In this document: positions 59,902 through 64,000 of the stretch, piece after piece | How the letters are laid out: each line of letters opens with the position of its first letter | Position numbering within the stretch: the first letter of the stretch is position 1 | Assembly (NCBI GenBank): GCA_029213005.1 | Contig: JARGPI010000030.1 | Coordinates: 3,984-67,983 of the forward strand | Length of the DNA: 64,000 bases | Direction of reading: 5' to 3' | Origin: Verrucomicrobiales bacterium | GTDB taxonomy: Bacteria > Verrucomicrobiota > Verrucomicrobiia > Verrucomicrobiales > DEV007 | The notes under the pieces: generated by a model | The model's database searches: none | What the model saw: only the letters and a program-made list of their open reading frames with translations | Told to the model about the DNA's origin: nothing | Position numbers and translations under genes: made by a program

Positions 59902-61260
59902 ATGGAAAACGAATCTGACAGAAACGAGGAACTCATCTCAAAACATCTTGAGGAGACGATTTCTGATGACGAGTTTACGGAATTGAAAGGCGCGCTTCGC
60001 AACAGCGCCGCGACGCGCTCCCGGTATTTGGAACTGGTGAAGTGCGACACCCTGCTTCGGGAAATTGCCGGCACGCAAAGCGATGCTCCACTACCGAAAA
60101 AAAAGCGAAACCGCACTCCCTTACTGTTACTTTCCACTCTGGTTCCGGCGGTTGCCCTACTGCTGGTTTTTCTATTTGGAAAAAGCAAAGTTGCCGAGCT
60201 GAGCCTGGTTTCCTCCAATGCGCACTGGATCACTTCGCCCCTGATTGCGGGAGACGGACTTTTCAAAGGACAGAAACTGCAACTTGCCGCCGGATCGGCA
60301 GAAATCCTTTTCTCTACCGGGGCAACCACCCGGCTCCGGGCCCCGGCGCTGCTGGAAATCGTATCCAGCAATATGGCTCTGCTGCACCATGGCGAAGCCG
60401 TCAGCCGCGCCGATACCGAAACCTCGCGAGGGTTCACGATCCAGACCCATGCCGGAAATTTTGTCGACCGGGGAACCGAGTTTTTCACTTCGGCAAACAC
60501 CGATGGGTTCAGCCAGATGCACGTCGCTTCCGGATCGGTTGATGTCGTTGTGGATGGATTTGAACTACAGCGACTGAATCAGGGAAGCGGTCTCGGCATT
60601 GAGCCGGGAACCGCTCCGATCTGCATTCGCATCGAGCCGGGAGAAGCGACTCGCGATTTCATTTTCCCGACGATCCCACAACCTTCAGCCGTCGACTTCG
60701 CCACCAAAGCGGCCGTGCGGATCTATAAGAGTGGCAGTCGATGGGAGGAAATCAGCCCCCACGTCGAAAGCGGCAGCTCGAACCTCGTAACTGACGGCAA
60801 GGGCCAATCCGCTCAGGATCGTCCCGAGCAATCGCTCTTCCTTCCGAATGGTGCGGAGGGCTCCATTTTTATGGATCTCGGAACCGAGGTTTCGATCGAC
60901 CGAATCTATACCTACTCCTGGCACCTCAGCGAAGTCGACAAAGGAAAACGGCGCCGCGCCGTGCAGCGCTACACCCTCTGGGGATGTGGAGAAAACAAGC
61001 CGGACACACTACCCGGCAGTGGTAACCACCAGGGATGGACGAGGATCGCGCGCGTCGATACCGATACCTTTTTCGAAGTGGAATCCGATCCCGACCGCCC
61101 GGCCCAGCAAGCCTGCGCCCTTTTTGCTGGTGAGGAGCAGACCCTCGGCACCTACCGATTCCTCCTTTTCGACCTCGTGCCGACCCCCATGCAGAACGGC
61201 ACTCCGCCCCGCCATACCTTTTTCGGGGAAATCGACGTGTTCACCACTCCTCAAAACTGA
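59902..61260 (+). CDS. FecR-like anti-sigma / transmembrane sensor with a C-terminal beta-sandwich domain
   Basis: N-terminal LISKHLEE..SDDEF..L anti-sigma helix; TM segment; FecR region GF.IQTHAG.FVDRGTEF ... V.SGSV; C-terminal MDLG..VSIDRI.TYSWH (discoidin-like). Confidence 0.8.
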   Translation: MENESDRNEELISKHLEETISDDEFTELKGALRNSAATRSRYLELVKCDTLLREIAGTQSDAPLPKKKRNRTPLLLLSTLVPAVALLLVFLFGKSKVAELSLVSSNAHWITSPLIAGDGLFKGQKLQLAAGSAEILFSTGATTRLRAPALLEIVSSNMALLHHGEAVSRADTETSRGFTIQTHAGNFVDRGTEFFTSANTDGFSQMHVASGSVDVVVDGFELQRLNQGSGLGIEPGTAPICIRIEPGEATRDFIFPTIPQPSAVDFATKAAVRIYKSGSRWEEISPHVESGSSNLVTDGKGQSAQDRPEQSLFLPNGAEGSIFMDLGTEVSIDRIYTYSWHLSEVDKGKRRRAVQRYTLWGCGENKPDTLPGSGNHQGWTRIARVDTDTFFEVESDPDRPAQQACALFAGEEQTLGTYRFLLFDLVPTPMQNGTPPRHTFFGEIDVFTTPQN

Positions 61261-61275
61261 TTTTTCTAATTTTCT

Positions 61276-63075
61276 ATGCCTACTATTTCTATATCTGAAG
61301 CAAAGGACGACTACGATGTCGTCATCGTTGGGTCGGGCGCAGGCGGGGGCCAGATGGCCTATTCGCTGACACTGGCCGGATTAAAATGCGTCATGCTGGA
61401 GGCGGGACGTTCCTACAATCCCCAGACTGAAACACCCATGTTTCAGCGGGGCGATCAGGCGCCGCTGGGAGGTGCATCAACTCCCGACAAACCGTTTGGA
61501 TTCTTCGACGCCACGATCGACGGAGGTTGGCAGGTTCCCAACGAACCCTACACTCAGGCCAGTGACAAACCGGAAGAGCAGTTCATGTGGTGGAGAGCCC
61601 GCATGCTGGGCGGCCGAACCAACCATTGGGGGCGAATCTCCCTGCGAAATGGTCCCTACGATTTCAAACCCTATAGTCGAGACGGGCTCGGCTTCGACTG
61701 GCCGGTTTCCTACAATGACATCGCTCCATACTATACCAAAGTCGAACAATTGATCGGCGTTTACGGAACCAACGAAGGTATGGAAAATACACCGGATTCG
61801 CCCCCCGGAGTGCTGCAACCGCCTCCCAAAGGACGAATTGGAGACCTACTCACTCAGAAAGCCGGTAAAAAAGTCGGGGTTCCCGTGGTGCCGATTCACC
61901 GCGCGGTATTGACCAAACAGCAGGACGCTGATTCTCTCCCGGCGAAACTTCACCCTGGGAACAAAAAGGCTCAGAAAATCGTCGGCGACTCGATGCGCTC
62001 CCGCGCTGCCTGTTTCTGGGCAACGCCCTGTGGACGGGGTTGTAGCATCCGGGCCAATTACCAGAGCACCACGGTTCACCTACCACCGGCGCTCGCGACA
62101 GGGAATCTCGACATCATTCCCGATGCGCATGCCAGAGAGGTCATTATCGATAAAAACGGCAAAGCGAGCGGAGTCCTGTTTATCGACAAAACCACCGGTC
62201 AAGAAGAGCGGATCAAAGGGAAAGCGGTGATTCTTGCAGCCAGCAGCGGCGAGACGGTTCGGATTCTCCTGAACTCTAAAAACGGCCAATTCCCCGACGG
62301 GGTGGCCAATCGAAGCGGCCTCGTGGGAAAATATATCATGGACACAGTCGGGTCGGATATGAGAGGCCAGATCCCGGCGCTCGAAAATCTACCGCCGCAC
62401 AATGATGACGGTGCCGGAGGCAGTCATTTCTATAGTCCCTGGTGGCTCTACGGAGACCAGAAAGCAGGTAAAATGGATTTTGCCCGCGGGTATCATATCG
62501 AGATCGGAGGAACCCGGTCTATGCCGCGGGGTAACAGCCCGATTCCCGGCAAATACGTAAAAGGACTCTTTGGAACCAAATTAAAAGAGGAGGCAAGACG
62601 ATACTACGGCTCCTTCATTTCTTTGGCCTGTCGGGGTGAAATGATACCGAACGAAGATTCCTTCGCTGAACTGGATCCCGATGTGAAAGACAAATGGGGA
62701 ATCCCCGTTATGAAATGGCACTGGAAATGGAGTGACCACGAAATCAATATGTCGAACCACGCTCAACGAACTTTCGAAGAAATGATCGGTGCGATGGGCG
62801 GAACTCCGATTAACGGAGGTAACAAAACCGGGCGGGAAACGATTTTAAAAGGCGGTCAGGTCATTCACGAAGTGGGCGGCGCCATCATGGGAACCGATCC
62901 CGAAAAATCGGTCTGTAATCAATGGAACCAAACCTGGGATGTCGATAACCTGTTTCTTTGCGACGGCTCACCGTTCGCCTCAAACGCCGATAAGAACCCA
63001 ACCGAAACCATCATGGCTCTAGCGTGGCGCTGTGCCGATCACATCATCGCAGAAAGCAAGAAAGGAAATCTCTAG
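61276..63075 (+). CDS. GMC family oxidoreductase
   Basis: DVVIVGSGAGG FAD motif, RMLGGRTNHWG, IHEVGGAIMG, WDVDNLFLCDGS, NPTETIMALAWR. Confidence 0.93.
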   Translation: MPTISISEAKDDYDVVIVGSGAGGGQMAYSLTLAGLKCVMLEAGRSYNPQTETPMFQRGDQAPLGGASTPDKPFGFFDATIDGGWQVPNEPYTQASDKPEEQFMWWRARMLGGRTNHWGRISLRNGPYDFKPYSRDGLGFDWPVSYNDIAPYYTKVEQLIGVYGTNEGMENTPDSPPGVLQPPPKGRIGDLLTQKAGKKVGVPVVPIHRAVLTKQQDADSLPAKLHPGNKKAQKIVGDSMRSRAACFWATPCGRGCSIRANYQSTTVHLPPALATGNLDIIPDAHAREVIIDKNGKASGVLFIDKTTGQEERIKGKAVILAASSGETVRILLNSKNGQFPDGVANRSGLVGKYIMDTVGSDMRGQIPALENLPPHNDDGAGGSHFYSPWWLYGDQKAGKMDFARGYHIEIGGTRSMPRGNSPIPGKYVKGLFGTKLKEEARRYYGSFISLACRGEMIPNEDSFAELDPDVKDKWGIPVMKWHWKWSDHEINMSNHAQRTFEEMIGAMGGTPINGGNKTGRETILKGGQVIHEVGGAIMGTDPEKSVCNQWNQTWDVDNLFLCDGSPFASNADKNPTETIMALAWRCADHIIAESKKGNL

Positions 63076-63077
63076 TC

Positions 63078-63728
63078 ATGAACTCAACTGAAAACAAAAA
63101 CCGTCTTCCCCGCCGCCAGGTATTGCAGTGGATCGCCGCTGCTACCGCTACCGGAACCGTGGGAATCCCGGGCTTACCAGCTCTCGGCCAGACTCCCGGA
63201 ACCGAAGGCTACGGAACCGATCCCAACCTCGTCGCACCTCACGAGCCGGGCGGCTATTGGCCCCTGACCTTCTCTGAGCCGGATCAAAAAGCGGTAGCTG
63301 CACTGGCCGATGTGATTCTCCCCGCCGACGATCTGGGACCTGCCGCAAGCGCGGTCCGGGTGCCGGAATACATCGACGAATGGGTCAGCGCTCCCTATCC
63401 CGCTCAGAAAAATGATCGCAAAGTGTTTATCCCCGGGCTGGAAGCTCTTCACGCCTACACCGGAAAGAAATTTGGAAAGCGGTTTGAGGAATTGTCCGAC
63501 GCTGAAAAAATTGAGGTCTGCGAAAGTATCACAAAGCCCGAGCCGGATGCCAAAGCTCTGTCCGGTTTCTTCCACAAATTCACCAGTATTGCCATGGGCG
63601 CCTATTACTCCACTCAGGAAGGCTGGAAAGCGATCGGCTATCACGGGAATATACCTACGGTCACCTTCGACGGCCCACCACCTGAAGTTCTTGATCGAGT
63701 TGGAGTTGAGCAGACAGTTAACGACTAA
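63078..63728 (+). CDS. Gluconate 2-dehydrogenase subunit 3 family, Tat-exported partner of the GMC enzyme
   Basis: PRRQVL Tat-like motif; LADVILP, AVRVPEYIDEW, FEEL, AYYSTQEGW..IGY; ATG 63078. Confidence 0.88.
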   Translation: MNSTENKNRLPRRQVLQWIAAATATGTVGIPGLPALGQTPGTEGYGTDPNLVAPHEPGGYWPLTFSEPDQKAVAALADVILPADDLGPAASAVRVPEYIDEWVSAPYPAQKNDRKVFIPGLEALHAYTGKKFGKRFEELSDAEKIEVCESITKPEPDAKALSGFFHKFTSIAMGAYYSTQEGWKAIGYHGNIPTVTFDGPPPEVLDRVGVEQTVND

Positions 63729-63906
63729 AATAAGACAGCGGAATGACATTAAGCGGCGTCCCCGGTAGCAAATGACCGGGGATTCGCCCGTTTGATGCTG
63801 CAAACTGGATCGACACGTTTCTGCGCGTCTTGAAGAACTCCAATCCGCCCTTACAGAGTGGCCCGGCAGAGCATCCGGGAAGCGATAACCACACAAAAAC
63901 CGAAAT

Positions 63907-63941
63907 CGTACAGGGTACAAAGCGAAACGGTACCCTGTACA
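63907..63941. repeat. TGTAC-N3-GTACA doublet repeat, locus 5
   Basis: CGTACAGGGTACA-aagcgaaac-GGTACCCTGTACA. Confidence 0.85.
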
Positions 63942-63973
63942 ATCTAACTTTTTTATCTATTAACAGGCAAATT

Positions 63974-64000
63974 ATGAAAATCCATCTCACCCTCCTGCGA
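63974..64000 (+). CDS. Possible start of the next gene (MKIHLTLLR, truncated)
   Basis: ATG followed by signal-peptide-like MK plus hydrophobic residues at the window edge; only 9 codons visible. Confidence 0.4.

Overview
Gene-dense bacterial chromosomal window, probably from Verrucomicrobiota or another PVC bacterium. That placement is inferred from gene content: a Rhodopirellula/Verrucomicrobia-type ECF sigma-FecR pair, PVC-type secreted proteins and a GatB insertion. Housekeeping genes (hisD, aroC, gatB, furA-katG, aspA) are mixed with many exported accessory proteins. I found no rRNA, tRNA, transposase, integrase or CRISPR array. Top candidate for an undescribed system: a six-gene minus-strand RND export operon at 33686-45445 (TolC, adaptor with two N-terminal FHA domains, RND-A, PII-like protein, RND-B, and a STAS protein fused to a degenerate RsbW-like kinase domain whose linker carries T-x-x-F motifs). 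Second candidate: one 930-aa polypeptide joining an apparently inactive acyl-CoA transferase domain (catalytic Glu replaced by Gly), a GNAT acetyltransferase and an intact HDAC-family deacetylase. Other unusual fusions are cNMP-binding domain-AspA, methyltransferase-ATP-grasp, a tandem DUF481 barrel and a signal-peptide-bearing Hsp20. At least four families of intergenic palindromic repeats occur, including a TGTAC-N3-GTACA doublet with a fixed 22-bp period at five loci. All protein assignments come from motif recognition by eye; no database search was run.
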